Source: the human T2T-CHM13v2.0 reference genome, Homo sapiens | Reading direction: 5' to 3' (one strand) | Assembly (NCBI RefSeq): GCF_009914755.1 | Contig: NC_060928.1 | DNA: 64,000 nt | Shown: positions 1 through 13,380 of the stretch, piece by piece | Numbering within the stretch: the stretch's first letter is position 1 | Layout of the letters: each line of letters begins with the position of its first letter | Translations under genes and position numbers: made by a program | The notes under the pieces: model-generated | Seen by the model: the letters and a program-made list of their open reading frames with translations, nothing else | What the model was told of the DNA's origin: nothing | The model's database searches: none

Positions 1-473
1 TTCAATGATTAGGACTTTAAGAAACTGTTCCTTAAAACATACAGTAAGATTTCCAATACCTGAGAATTTTAAATACCACTTCTTTATATTTAATAAATAG
101 CTTAAAATTATAGCAAACTGGAATTCAGATTCTCATTTCTTTACCAAATTGGCCTCAATTTTTTTTAAATATAGTTGCTGTTCACCAGCTCTAAACAATC
201 AACAAAAAATGCAGAACAAAAAGAAGTGGAGAGGAGTGACAAATCACAATTTGGTGGGAAAAGAGGAAAAGAATGAGAAAGCATTCGATATTCATTGCCC
301 CAAAACAATGGAGACCTGTACACAGGCACCATGGTAATTACTTACATCTTCCCTATGTCCCACTAGTACATATTAATAATTTAGTTTCTATTACTAGTCA
401 CTTACCTACACAGAAGAAACTGATACATTTTGGAATTTATATGACTTAACTACATGGCTTTTAAGAAGTATCC

Positions 474-808
474 TACTATAGTTTGACTGTCTGTCCCCTC
501 CAAAACTCATGTTGCAATTTAGTTGCCACTGTAACAGTATTAAGAGATGGGACCTTTAACAGGTGAGTAGACCATGAGGGCTCCCCCCTCACTGGGGGAC
601 TTCTACCATTATAAGGGTGAGTTCAGCCACTCCTGTCCTCTCTTACCCTCCTGCCTTCACCATGTGATGACATAGCAAGAAGGCCTTCACAAGATGCCAT
701 GCCTTGATATTGGACTTCCCAGACTCCAGAAGTGTGAGCCAATAAATTTCTGTTCATTATACATTACCCAGTCTGTGATATTCTGATAAAAAAGCACAAA
801 ACAGAACA
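474..808 (+). mobile_element. MaLR solo LTR (MST-type)
   Basis: Recalled MST motifs gtcccctccaaaactcatgttg, ggacttcccagactccagaa and aataaatttctgttc. Confidence 0.75.
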
Positions 809-883
809 TGTCCTTTGGTAAGTTATGAAACTGCACTCTATTCCAGGTTTCCCCTAGACAGTCTGTAATAGTCTGTTTTATAT

Positions 884-1249
884 TGCTATAAAGAAATGCC
901 TGAAGCTGAGTAATTTATTAAGAAAAGAGGTTTATTTAGCTCACAGTTCTACAGGTTGTAAAAGGAACATGACACCAACATCTGCCTCTGGTTAGAGCCT
1001 CAGGAAGCTTTCAATCACAGGGAAGGTGAAGTGGGAGCAGTTATGTCACACGGTGAGTGTGAGCAAGAGAGGTGCCATGCTCTTTTAAACAACAGCTCTT
1101 GTGTGAACTAACAGAGTGAGAACTCACACATTACCATGGGGACAGCACCAAACCATTCATAAGGGTTCCATCCCATGACCGAAACACCTCCACGAGGATC
1201 ACATTTCAACACAAGATTTGGAGGGGACAAAGGTCCAAACTGTAGCACA
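884..1249 (-). mobile_element. MaLR solo LTR (MSTA/MSTB-like)
   Basis: ttgctataaagaaatgcctga...aagaaaagaggtttatttagctcacagttct...gatttggaggggacaa. Confidence 0.75.
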
Positions 1250-1308
1250 GTCTCAACCCAGTTATTTCAATTATCTATTTCTAATAAGTAAACAAGTCAC
1301 CCAATTAC

Positions 1309-1554
1309 CATGGTGTGATCATAGCTCATTGGAGCCTCAACCTCCTGGGTTCAAGTGATCTTCCTGCCTCAGCCACTTGAGTAGCTGAGACTACAGGCAT
1401 GCGTAACCATGCTCGGCTAATTTTTGTATTTTTTGTAGACAAGGTTTCACCATGTTGCCCAGGTTGGTGGTCTTGAACTCCTGGGCTCTAGCAATCCTCC
1501 TGCCTCAGCCTCCCAAAGTGTTGGGATTACAGGCATGAACCACCCTACCCGGCC
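1309..1554 (-). mobile_element. Alu (AluJ-like, partial)
   Basis: Reverse-strand Alu consensus ending in cccggcc. Confidence 0.85.
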
Positions 1555-1873
1555 TACAGCTACTCACCTTAATAAAACAAATATATTAGCTTAGGCAATG
1601 ATTTTAATTTCATTCTATATTTGCAACTGTAGACATGCAAAGGGGTTATCCATACACAATCATGTGAATGTCAGCCTACCTTATTATATAGTAAAAGGCT
1701 AATATAAAGAATTCTCCATAGAAAGTGAGAAACTGTGTGAGTGGAACATTTTAAGTATTTGCCTTTACATCAGTTTAAAGATCTAGGGACACAATTTTAA
1801 AGAAGCACTGTAAGATTAAGGTGAGGATAATGACAACTGCATTATTTCTCTCTCCCCAATAAGAGACAGTTGG

Positions 1874-2330
1874 TGACTTAGTCCTTTTGTGCTGCTGTAA
1901 CAAAATACCACAGGCTGAGTAATTTATAAAAACAATAGAAATTTATGCTGGGCATGGTGGCTTGCGCCTGTAATCTCAGCTACTCAAAAGGCTGAGACAA
2001 AGGGATTGCTTGAGGCCAGGTGTCCGAGGGCAGCTAAGACAACATAGCAAGACCCTGTCTCTAAAATAAATAAGTACGCCTTACAGTTCTGGATGCTGGG
2101 AAGTCAAGATGAAGGCATTAGCAGGTTTAGTGTCCGGTGATGGTTGCTCTCTGCTTACAAGATGGCACCCTGTTGCCACATCCTCCAGAGGGAGGAATAC
2201 TGAGTCTTCTTCACATGGTGGATGAGACTGAAGAGCAAAATGGATCTAAGCCAGTTCCTTCCAGCCCCTTTTATAAGGCACTAATCCATACATAAGTGCA
2301 GAGCCCTCATGACTTAATCACTTCCCAATA
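1874..2330 (-). mobile_element. MaLR LTR (MST-type) interrupted by an Alu monomer at about 1947-2073 (+)
   Basis: ttagtcc...gctgctgtaacaaaataccaca...cagttctggatgctgggaagtcaagat, with a nested FLAM-like sequence. Confidence 0.7.
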
Positions 2331-2344
2331 CTTTAAACAATTTC

Positions 2345-2549
2345 TTTAGATTATTTATAATGCCTAATACAACGTAAACCTTATATAAATAGTTATACTT
2401 TATTGTTTAGGGAATAATTACAAGAAAAAAAAAGTCTACCATGTTCAGTACAGGTGCAACCACACATTTTATTTTTTCTATATGTTTTCGATCCACAATT
2501 GGTTGAACCCACAGATGCAGAACCCACAGACATAGAGGGCCAATTTGTA
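2345..2549. mobile_element. MER2-like DNA transposon fragment (TcMar-Tigger)
   Basis: Terminus ttggttgaacccacagatgcagaacccacagacatagagggccaatttgta resembles the MER2 end. Confidence 0.65.
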
Positions 2550-2666
2550 TAGAGAGGAAGGCAACCAGACCTAAGTGGTTAAGACACCAACTTAATTTAA
2601 AGCAAAGATCAAATGGTATAATTCAGATGTTTCTGTAGATAGTAAACATCCAGTCAGATAATACTA

Positions 2667-4984
2667 CAGGCATACACTGTTTTATTGTACTTCATTGTAC
2701 TATACTTCATATATATTGCATTTTTTACAAATCGAAGGTTTGTAGCAATCCCACACCTAGCAAGTGTATCAACTCCATTTTCCCAACAGCATATGCTCAC
2801 TTCATGTATTCTGTCGCATTCTGGTAATTCTCCCAATATTCTGAACTTTTTCTTAACTGTTATTTGTGTTATAGCGATCTCAATCAGTGATCTTTGATGT
2901 TACTATTGTTTTGGAGGCACCATGAACTATGCCCATATAATATAGTGAACTTAATGGATACATGTGTATGTTCTGACTGCTCCACACATCTGCTGTTTCC
3001 TTTTCTCTCTCCTCAGGCCTTCCTATTTCGTGAAACAGCAACACTGAAATTAAACCAATCACTAGCCGTATAATGACCTCTAAGTATTCAAGTGAAAGGA
3101 AGAGTTGTACATCTCTCACTTTACATCAAAAGTTAGAAATGATTAAGCTTATTGAGGACAGCATGTTGACAGCTGAGGCAAACTAAAAGCTAGGCCTCTT
3201 GTGCCAAACAGCCAAGTTGCGAATGCAAAGAAAAAGTTCTTAAAAGAAACTAAAAGTACTACTCCAGTGAACACAGGAATAAGAAAGCAAAACAGCTTTA
3301 CAGCAGATATGGAGTAAGTTTAAATGGTCTGGATAAAAGATCAAACCAGTTACAACATTCCCTTAAGCCAAAGCCTAATCCAGAGCGGGCCCTAACTCTC
3401 TTCGATTCTACGAAGGCTGAGAGAAACCGCAGAGGGAAACTGCAGTGGGAAACTGCAGTGGGAAGGTAGCAGAGGTTGGCTCATGAGGTTTAAGGAAAGA
3501 AGCCATCTCCATAACATAAAAGTGCAAGATGAAGCTGTAAGTTATCCAGAAGATCTAGATAAGATGGATGCACTAAACACTAAACAACAGATTTTCAGTG
3601 TACATAAAATAGCCTTATATTCAAAGAAGATGCCATCTAGGATTTTCATAGCTGTAGAACGGGAATCAATGCCTGGCTTCCAAGCTTCAAAGGACAGGCT
3701 ATCTTGTTAGGGGTACTGCAGCTGGTGACTTAAAGTTGAAGCCAATGCTCATTTACAATTCCAAAAATCCTAGGGTCCTTAAGAATTTTGCTAAATGTAC
3801 TCTGCCTGTGCTCTATAGACTCTATAGATAGAAAAACTATGCCTGGATGACAGCACATCTTTTAAAATCATGGTTTACTGAAGACGTTAAGTCCACCATT
3901 CAGTAAAAGATTTCTTTTGAAATGCTACTGATCATTAACAATGTACCTGGTCACCCAAGAACTCCAATGGAGATGTACAAGGAGTTGAATTTTTTTAATG
4001 CCTGCTAACACATCCATTCCATAGCCCATGGATCAAGGAATAGTTTTGACTTTCAAGTCTTATTATGCAAGAATATTTTTTGCAAGGCTATAGCTGTCAC
4101 AGTGATTCCTCTGATGGATTTGGGCAAAGTAAACTGGAAACCTTCTGGAAAGGATTCACCATTTAAGATGTCATTAAGAACATTGATGATTTATGAGGGG
4201 GGTCAAAATACCAATATTAACAGGAGTTTGGGAGAAGTTGATTCCAACCCTCATTAATAATTTTGAGGTGTTTAAGACTTCACTGGAGGAAATAACTGAA
4301 TATGTGGTAGAAATAGGAAGAGAACTAGAATTAGAAGTGGAACCTAAAGATGTGACTGAATTGCTGCAATCTCACGAAAAAACTTGAACAGATGAGGAGT
4401 TACTTCTTATGCATAAGCAAAAATGAGGTTTCTCAAGTAAAAGCTACTCATGGTGAAGACGCTATGAACACTGTTGAAATGATAACAAAGGACTTAGAAT
4501 GCTACCTTCTTAGTTGATAAGGCAGTGGCAGGGTTTGAGAGGACTTGATCCCAAATTTCAAAGTTTTACAGAGAATAAAATGCTATCAAGTAGCATCACA
4601 TGCTACACAGAAATCTTTGGTGAAAGGAAGAGCCAATTAATGTAGCACACTTCACTGCTATCTATTAGGAGAAACTGCCACTTTTAGCAACAACTACCCT
4701 GATTAGTCAGCGGCCAACAGCACTTGAGTCCAGACCTTCCAACAGCTAAAAGACTGTAACTCACTGCAGGCTCAAAGGGTCATTATTATTTTTTGAACAG
4801 TAAAGTATTCTCCAATTGAGATATGCACATTGGTTTTTTTAGACACAATGCTATTGCATACTTAATAAACTAAAGTAGCATGTAAACGTAACTTTTATAT
4901 GCATTTGGAAACCAAAAAGTTTGTGTGACTCACTTGACTGCAATGGTCTGGATCCGAGGCCACAATATCTGTGAGATATACCTG
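2667..4984 (+). mobile_element. Full-length Tigger1 DNA transposon with decayed transposase
   Basis: TA|CAGGCATAC...GATATACCTG|TA termini with TA target duplication; about 2.3 kb; transposase remnants from about 3073 (ORFs [15 protein letters not shown] and [21 protein letters not shown]). Confidence 0.93.
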
Positions 4985-4987
4985 TAC
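4851..4987 (-). CDS. NAF1: NAF1 alternative terminal exon coding part, derived from antisense Tigger1 (389-aa isoform)
   Basis: Acceptor ctgtccatttctttaccccAG at 4989-4988; in phase with exon 7; [45 protein letters not shown]; total 389 aa agrees with my recollection of a shorter annotated NAF1 isoform. Confidence 0.8.
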
Positions 4988-4996
4988 CTGGGGTAA

Positions 4997-5317
<321 letters not shown>

Positions 5318-6478
5318 TAAATGCCATGATGATCAGAACAGCTTGATGACTAATAATAACATGTTACTGTTCCCATTCTTGTGGAAAAGGATTTGGGTTT
5401 TTCTTTTAGTGCTTTTAGATATAATCTCATGAACTCTTACAATATTCTAACAATCATAAAAAGACTGTGCTATAACCTGTGAAGGTAACTTCTAAAGAGA
5501 AGTTGCAAAAATATTTTTAAAAATAATGAAGAAAGTACTCATATGATAAAGTTAAGGTATACCAAGGCAGAGCCTCTCAACTTGTGTACTAGGAATGCTG
5601 CAAAGAGTCCCCTCAGCTCATGGGGAAGAAAAGTGGGGCCTTAGTGCAACCAGAGCGCATGGGCTTGTGCTAAGTGGTCTCCAGATTACTCCAATGTGCC
5701 ATACAAATACTGTTTCCTAAGTGTGTAAAGGAATGTAAGATTGGGAAACATCTACTTAGTGGAAACTGCTAATAAGAAAACCAGAAGAACTAGGTTCAAC
5801 TCCTTGTCAACTCACTAGCTGAGTGATCTTAGTTAAATTATTTTAACCTCTTTGGAACACTTAGGCTCCTCATTTACTAAATGAAAACTGGAGTATTTCA
5901 ATGGTCTCTTCTAGTTCTAAAACTCATAATTTCCCTTACATTGACACTTCATAATATAAAGCAGTAGTCATTACTCATTTAATTAAAAACTCTTAATTCA
6001 GATATTCAATAACTATTTGTTATTTATGGAACCTAGTCTGCATGTGAGGATCTGGAAAACAAATATGGAAGACAAAATCCCTAAATAGATCTTATTGTGA
6101 ATAATCTTTGCATCCCTTTTAGGAGGTTAAATAGTAAAGCCTTCTGAACAGTGCCCAAATAAAGGAATTATTTTGCACAGATAATGGAAGCTTGCCTATG
6201 CATAATAAATATTTTTTACTTTAGCTATAATCAGAGCTTCTACCAATATATAAGAATTTTCTCCTCTATATCCCTCAACTGCTTTAAAAAGAAAAATTAT
6301 GGTCATTTAAACTTACTCACAAATTACATTTATAATTAAAATTGATTTCCAAAGTATAAATTTATAAAAATAGTTTAAAGACTCTCAAAAGGACTTCATC
6401 TTATATTCAGATTATAGCAAGAAAATCAATGTGCTCCATATATTTTACCCATGATGAAACTTGTCCCATATCCATTAC

Positions 6479-6496
6479 TATATATATATATATATA
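6479..6496. repeat. (TA)n microsatellite
   Basis: tatatatatatatatata. Confidence 0.85.
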
Positions 6497-6541
6497 GTTT
6501 AACTGGGTGGGGTTGGGAGGGAGAAGGCATGAATTCAAAAT

Positions 6542-6567
6542 TTTAATTAAATATTACATAATTTAAT
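6542..6567 (-). terminator. NAF1: Candidate poly(A) signals (ATTAAA x2) of the main NAF1 transcript
   Basis: + strand TTTAAT at 6562-6567 and 6542-6547, about 200 nt past the stop codon. Confidence 0.55.
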
Positions 6568-6768
6568 GTTCTCCCAAGAATTTGAGCTGACATTTTCATA
6601 TGAATACAATTTCACAAAGGTTACAAATATATATCAACTTACAACAGAAGGAATCATTTAGTATTTTACAGTGTTTTTAAAAATCTAGCTCCATAATCAC
6701 TCTTGAAAAAAAAAAATCCTTACCACATAATATGAAAAGTCCACATTTCTCTGGAAATGCATAGTCAC

Positions 6769-7220
6769 CTAATAGTAAGGTCCAAAATGAGAATTACTAT
6801 CTCCAGAAGAGGGTGGAGGAGGCAGTGGTGGAGGGGGAGGGGGTGGGGGTAGGGAGTATGGTAAGTTAAGTAATGGATGAGCAGCCATGTTTGGTGTAGC
6901 CCAACCCATGTTTACAGGTGGGGGTGGTGGTGGGGGTGGAGGGCGGAGGGGAAAATTATGCATGTCAAACACTGGAAGAGGAAAGGGGTATTGTGGCATA
7001 ATGGGATTATTTTGTCTCTGAGAAGGAAATCCTGAAGTCTCCTGAGATACCATATGTTCTGAGTTATAGAAATGCTGAGGTGGAGGCCTGCCATGGCAAG
7101 ATCGAGGGTATCTGGCCCTGGAAAATCCTCGTGTGAATTCTCTGTTACGATATCCTTTTGCATGCTCTGAAGCAGAGCTATGAGCATTCCAATTCTGATG
7201 TACTTCAGTAAAATCTTCAC
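6769..7220 (-). CDS. NAF1: NAF1 coding exon 8 (452 nt, Pro-rich C-terminus and stop)
   Basis: Acceptor ccctcactcaaAG; encodes GEDFTEVHQNW...PPPPSSGDSNSHFGPYY*; exon lengths sum to 1485 nt = 494 aa plus stop. Confidence 0.96.
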
Positions 7221-7309
7221 CTTTGAGTGAGGGGAGGGAAAACATAAAAAGGAAAATAAGTTTAATATATCAAAAAGCATTGTTTGAAATTTCAATTATG
7301 ATTTTTATT

Positions 7310-10300
7310 ATCCAGTATATCTTGTGGCAGTTAAAAAAGTGTAAGACATAAAATGGTAAATTTGAAATGAACTGAAAAGACAAAACTTAATGCCAAAGAA
7401 AGAGAACCCAGCAAGTCAGAAAACACTTAGATGATAACCATTCTACTCTAGCCAAACACCACAGAAGAAAATGTGGCACCATCCCTACACACTCTCAAAG
7501 GCTGAGTACAGATCCTAGACTTCTATCCTTGACAGGCAGTAATGAGGTACTCCAACCCTTCCACCACAGTAGCATCAGGAACAGGCTGAACAGGGTGCCA
7601 GTAACAAGCCTCCCTGCAAACAATGAACATCACATGGGGAACCTGAACTTCCACCTCCACTGGCGGCAACCCAGTGTTCTTCCCTCTTTTACACTGGGGC
7701 AATGTCAGAGAAGATGGAGTAGAGTTAGGATTTTTGTCCCCAACCAGTGATAACAAGGCCATCCTCCACTGGTGTCAGTGCATACCATATGGGGAGGAGT
7801 GACAAAGTACTCCTGTCCCTACCAGGCATAAGACCTCGTGGGATGTCAGAACTTCTACCCTCATCCAGCAGTAACAAGGCACCCCTTGGCCAAAGGTGTC
7901 AACAGAGGCTAAGAGGAATACCTAGACTTCAATCTACCCTGTTCCTTTCGCTGCCAGAGTAGCATTTTTAAAAAGACAAAGAAACAATCACAACAAACCC
8001 AGCTAAATCAGAAGATTTACATAAGATCCATGGTCTTGTAATATAATACTCAATATACCCAGGTTGCAATAAAAGAAAATTGCTCATCACAAAAAGAACC
8101 AGGAAGACTTCAAATTCAATGAAAAAAATAAATCAAGCAAGGGTGTCACAAAGATGTTAGAATTATGAAAGGTATTAAAGCAGTCATAAAAATGCTTCAA
8201 CAAGATATTATGAACATTCTAAAAAATTAAAATTACAAAGTTTTAGGAAAAAAAGAAGATATAAAATAAAGAACAAATTGCAATTTTAGAACTGAACATT
8301 ACAATAACCAAAATTAAAAACTCAATGGAACAATATTGAAGGAGAAGAACAAAGCTGGAGGACGGAAACTACCCAACTTCAAGACGTATTATAAAGTTTA
8401 AGTAATCACAGCAGTGTGGTACTGGTGAAAGGACACACAAATAAATCAATGGGACAAAATAGAAGGTACAAAAATAGACCCACATAAACATACAAAAATA
8501 GACCCACATAAACATAATAAACGGATATTTAACGAAGGAGCAAAAGCAATACAACAGAGCATAAGTAGTGTTTTCAACAAATGGGGCTGGAACACCTGGA
8601 CATCCACATGCAAAAAGAATAAATCTAGACAATAACCTTACACCGTTCACAAGAATTAATTCAAAATGGACCACAGACCTCAATGTAAAATGCAGAATTA
8701 CAAAATTCCTAAAAGATAACATAGAAGAAAATTTAGACAACCTTGGGTTGATAATGACTCTTTTTTTAGAGACGGAGTCTCGCTCTGTAGCCCTGGCTGG
8801 AGTGCAGTGGCACGATCTCAGCTCACTGCAACCTCCGCTGCCCGGGTCCCAGCTGACGCAATTCTCCTGCCTCAGCCTCCCAAGTAGGAATGCGCCACCA
8901 TGCCCAGCTAATTTTTGTATTTTTAGTAGAGATGGGGTTTCACCATGTTGACCAGGCTGGTCTTGAACTCCTGACTTCCTGATCTGCCTGCCTCGGCCTC
9001 CCAAAGTGCTGGGATTACAGGCATTGGGCCACTGCGCTCGGCCAATAATGACTTTTTAGATAATGACTTCTTAGATAGGACATCAAAGGCATGACCCATG
9101 AAAGAAATAATCAATATGCTGAATTTCATTAAACTTAACAATTTCTGCTCCACGAAAGATACTATCAGGAGAATGAAAGAAAAAAGCTCAGAAGTTCAAG
9201 GTTACAGTGAGCTATGATTGTACCACTGCATTCTAGCCTGGGCAACAGAGCAAGAATATCTCAAAAAACAGACAAAAACAAAAACAAAAACAAAAAAACC
9301 TCAGCAAGACATTTGTTGATGTAGAGAAGATTCTAAAATTTATACTGAAAGGTAAAGGACCTAGAATACCGATTATAATTTTGAAAAAGAGAAATAAAGT
9401 AGGAGTTATCACTCCACGCAATTTTAAGACTAACCTCACATTCTATACAAAATTTAACTCAAAATGAATCACAAGTGTACAATTTAAAACAGAAGACTAC
9501 AAAACTTTTAGGGAAAAAATAGAAGAAAATCATTAGGATCTAAAGCTAAGCAGGAAGTTCTCAGATTCCATAAACAAAATTGATAAATTAGTTTTCCTCA
9601 AAACTAAAAACTTTAGTATTGCAAAAGGCCATCTTAAAAGAAGGAAAAGACTACAGACTAGAACAAATCATGAACGAACCAAATATTTGACAGAAAGCTA
9701 GTATCTAAAATATACATTTTTAAATTCTCGTAACTCGACAGTAAAAATCCAGCAATACAATTTAAAAGTTGGCAAAAGATAATGAACTGACATATCACTG
9801 AAGATACCGATAGTAAATGAACACATGGAAAGATGTTCAATGCCATTAGCCATTAGGAAAATGCAAATTAAAACCACAATTATATTAGCACTACAAACCT
9901 AGCAGAATGGCCAAAATTAAAAACAGTGATAACACCAAATGCTGGAGAAAATGCAAAGAAATTGTCACTCATACATCGCTGATAAAAATGTAAAATGGTA
10001 TAGCCATGCTGAAGAACAGTATGGTAGTTTCTTAGGAAACTAAACATGTAATGCAACTATTATACAACCAAGCAATTATACTCTTGGGCATTTATTCCAG
10101 AAAAATGAAAACCTCTTTTCACAAAAAACCTGTATATAAATATTTATAGCTGCTTTATTCCTAATAACCCCAAAATGGAAACAACCTAGATGTCCTTCAA
10201 TGGATGAATGGTTAGGTAATCTGGTAAATTCATGCCATGAAATGTTACTCTGTAATGAAGAGGAACAAACTATTATTGATACATGCAATAATGTGGGTGG

Positions 10301-10685
10301 ATGCACAGATACTACGCTCAGTGGCAAAAGCCTTTCCCTAATCGTACTACAGTGTATAACTTCACTTATATAACTTTCTGGATATGACAAAATATATGAA
10401 AATGGAGAACACATTAATGGTTGCCATGAGTGAAGGAGGGGCTGAGAGGTAAGGACGTGGCTGTGACTATAAAGAGGCAACTGGGTAGCTCTCTGGTGAT
10501 GGAAATGTTGTATAGCTTCATTGTATAACTGTCAATATCCTGGCTGGGACAGTGTTCCATATATAGTTATGCAAGATGTTGCAACTGGGGGAAACTGAAT
10601 AAAGGGCATACAGCACCTCTCCTATTATTTTTACAACTGTATGTGAATCTATGGTTATCTCAGAAAGTTTAATTTTCAAAAAAGG
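7310..10685 (+). mobile_element. Fragmented old L1 (L1MC/L1MD-type) with nested Alus
   Basis: ORF2-like remnants (aattaattcaaaatggaccacagacct, ggaaaatgcaaattaaaaccacaat) and an L1MC/MD-like 3' UTR ending near 10680; 5' boundary approximate. Confidence 0.75.
8760..9043 (-). mobile_element. Alu nested in L1 (intron 7)
   Basis: Reverse Alu consensus; ATAATGACT flanks both sides. Confidence 0.9.
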
Positions 10686-11025
10686 TAAAGGGAATGCATG
10701 TTTAAAAATAAGACACTGTGATTTAGGGGTTCATCAAGTACTTGATCATAAAATCCTAAAAATGGAAGCAAATAGGTATCTTAAGAAAAAAGTGCTGACA
10801 AGCACGAGTAACAAGGTTTAGTCTCTCTGTTACCCCAGGAAGCCATTTTTACTGCTTAAGCTCATAAAACTACCACACCTCCTGCTATGTAATGGCTCTA
10901 AATGTTAGCAGGATGCTAGGAGGTAAACAGAGAGAACCCAGATGTTTCCTTCAGTTTTATTATTGATAAACTTATATAGATGTAAATGAAGATAAAGAAC
11001 GAGTATATATATTGTATTCACTCAC

Positions 11026-11128
11026 CAGGCTCATTAAATTCAGATTTGAGTTTTTTCCGGCCTTGAATCTGAGATTTTTTCCTCTGTTTGGCTTCCTTCT
11101 CTTTTTCATCATCACTAAAATCTAAGGC
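11026..11128 (-). CDS. NAF1: NAF1 coding exon 7 (103 nt, FSDDE motif and basic NLS-like stretch)
   Basis: Acceptor ttttctctgcaAG, donor CTG|GTGAGT; encodes ALDFSDDEKEKEAKQRKKSQIQGRKKLKSEFNEP. Confidence 0.95.
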
Positions 11129-11676
11129 CTTGCAGAGAAAAGTATATAATAGGTTTATGTTACATGAATTTGCCAATTCAATAGTACATACTTGGAGGTG
11201 AAGAAAATAAGCCTATTATGCATCAATGACTCTAAAAAAAGTTGTCTTTTTGATACTTAATATTTTCTATATCTGAATTAGACATGGTATAAAAATAAAG
11301 CATTTTTTGATAAATGCTTAATGACTTTAATTAACACAGGCCAGTAATCAGCCTTCAGATATGAGTCTGACTTCCAGTTTAGACTTAAAATTCATCATAG
11401 TATCAGATGCAAAAGGGTGCCAAAGGTAAGAGTATCAAGGACTAAGCAAATTATATATATTATCAGAGCCAATAAAAAACAGAAGACAATGTTCCATAAT
11501 TCATTCATTCAAAATACACACCCAAGCACTGTTCTAAACATTTCACAGGTTCATTCTTTACAGGTTTACCATCTTATTTTTTAAATATAATTTTAGGTAC
11601 AGAGCAAGAGTTATAAATAAATAAGGCAAAATAAGGGTATACAAATCATGGGGAAGCTATTTAGATAAAACCATAG

Positions 11677-11860
<184 letters not shown>

Positions 11861-13380
11861 GGCTTTTATAAGCAGATACATGAATGATCCAACTCCTAAG
11901 AGGAAATTATTTAAAAATTAAAGGTGGTAAAACTCACATTAACTAATTATTAGGATTCATTGTTATAGTCCACCAAGAAAACCAAGATTATGAGCTATAT
12001 ATATTATGACTGTCATCTATAGTTCAGGCATTTTATTATTCTATTAATTATTCTATTAATTTATTATTCTATTAATGCCAGAAAACGTCTATTATGTTTC
12101 ATACAAAAAATATATGAAAGCAGGCCCACCATATATGGATGGATACACATTTAAAAAGAAGAAATAAAATGTATATGAAAGTCTTTGTATGTAATTTTCA
12201 GTATGGCTTCACTGGAATACATTCTAGATCAAATCCTCCATGAACCAGGAATCCATACACTTCAGATTCTGAAATCTAATTTGAAAACATGAACTAATTG
12301 TATGCCTTCCAATGCATAATTTCTTATTACTGATCTTAATACGATAAGATTTTAAAACTCAGGTTAAATCTGGTATCTGAAAGACACTAGAAAGTATGGA
12401 GATCAGATAGAAGACTCCTTTTTCTGAGAAAACAGATTAAATGTACAATGAACAAGTGCTACGACTTAATGCTATGTTATTATAGTGCTGGATAAAGAGA
12501 AAAAAGGAAAAGATAGACTTCTTGGTATGGATAACCCAACAGAAATACCTGAATGAGTTAGCTATGAAAATAAAGGGAATTTTCAGAAAATGTGAACAAT
12601 ACACACAGAGGCATGATAGAACAGTATATACAAAAAAGAAAAATGGTTCTGAAAGGCAAAGTGAAAGCTGCTGCTTCTTACATGGCAAAACCAGAAAAAA
12701 TAAAATTGGAGAAGCTTACAAAGAACCTTATTGTGCCATTTTAAATAATTGAACATCATCTTAAGAGCAGGAGGGAGGAAGTAAGGATTTTAATTGGGAA
12801 TAGTTTATTTCAGAGAGATTACTCTGGTAGTATTTTGCTATCACTCCTAAAATCAGAGAAAAATTCATGTTTCTTATATGCAAATTAATTCAAATTTCCA
12901 TTCATTAAATACATTTATTCAACCATAAAGTATACGGTGGCATATTAAAAATGGCTATGAAGATGAACATGATACAACCGTAGGTAATTTTTAGGTCCTT
13001 TATGCAGCCCAACATTTCATAGCACATAATTTCTCTTATTTTCCTTTATGCAAGCTTTCTATTTTCACATCACGCAATGTTTCTCCTTTTTCTCTTTTTA
13101 AGTTTAAACCTCACAAATTTCTAATTTTAATCTATGATCAATACCAGGCAATAATTCTAGACTACAAAGTTTCACCAACAAATATTACAAAATTAAATCC
13201 CAAGATACTTAATGATCCAGTTCAAGCTACCTGGAAAAAACAAACACCATGAACTAGGTGAGATGTAATTTTGCAATTAACCTAGTCAAACCAATTTTAC
13301 AAATAACTCGCATTGTTGTAATTGGTAACTTCAATGCTTAGGTCCGAAACAAGAGGGATTCATTAGAATATCTGGATTTT

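Noticed and set aside
3073-4450. Tigger1 transposase as a domesticated TIGD-like gene
   Set aside because: Broken by stops and frameshifts; only 64-75 aa fragments remain
12031-12076. Short TTATTCTATTAA repeats
   Set aside because: Ordinary AT-rich low-complexity slippage
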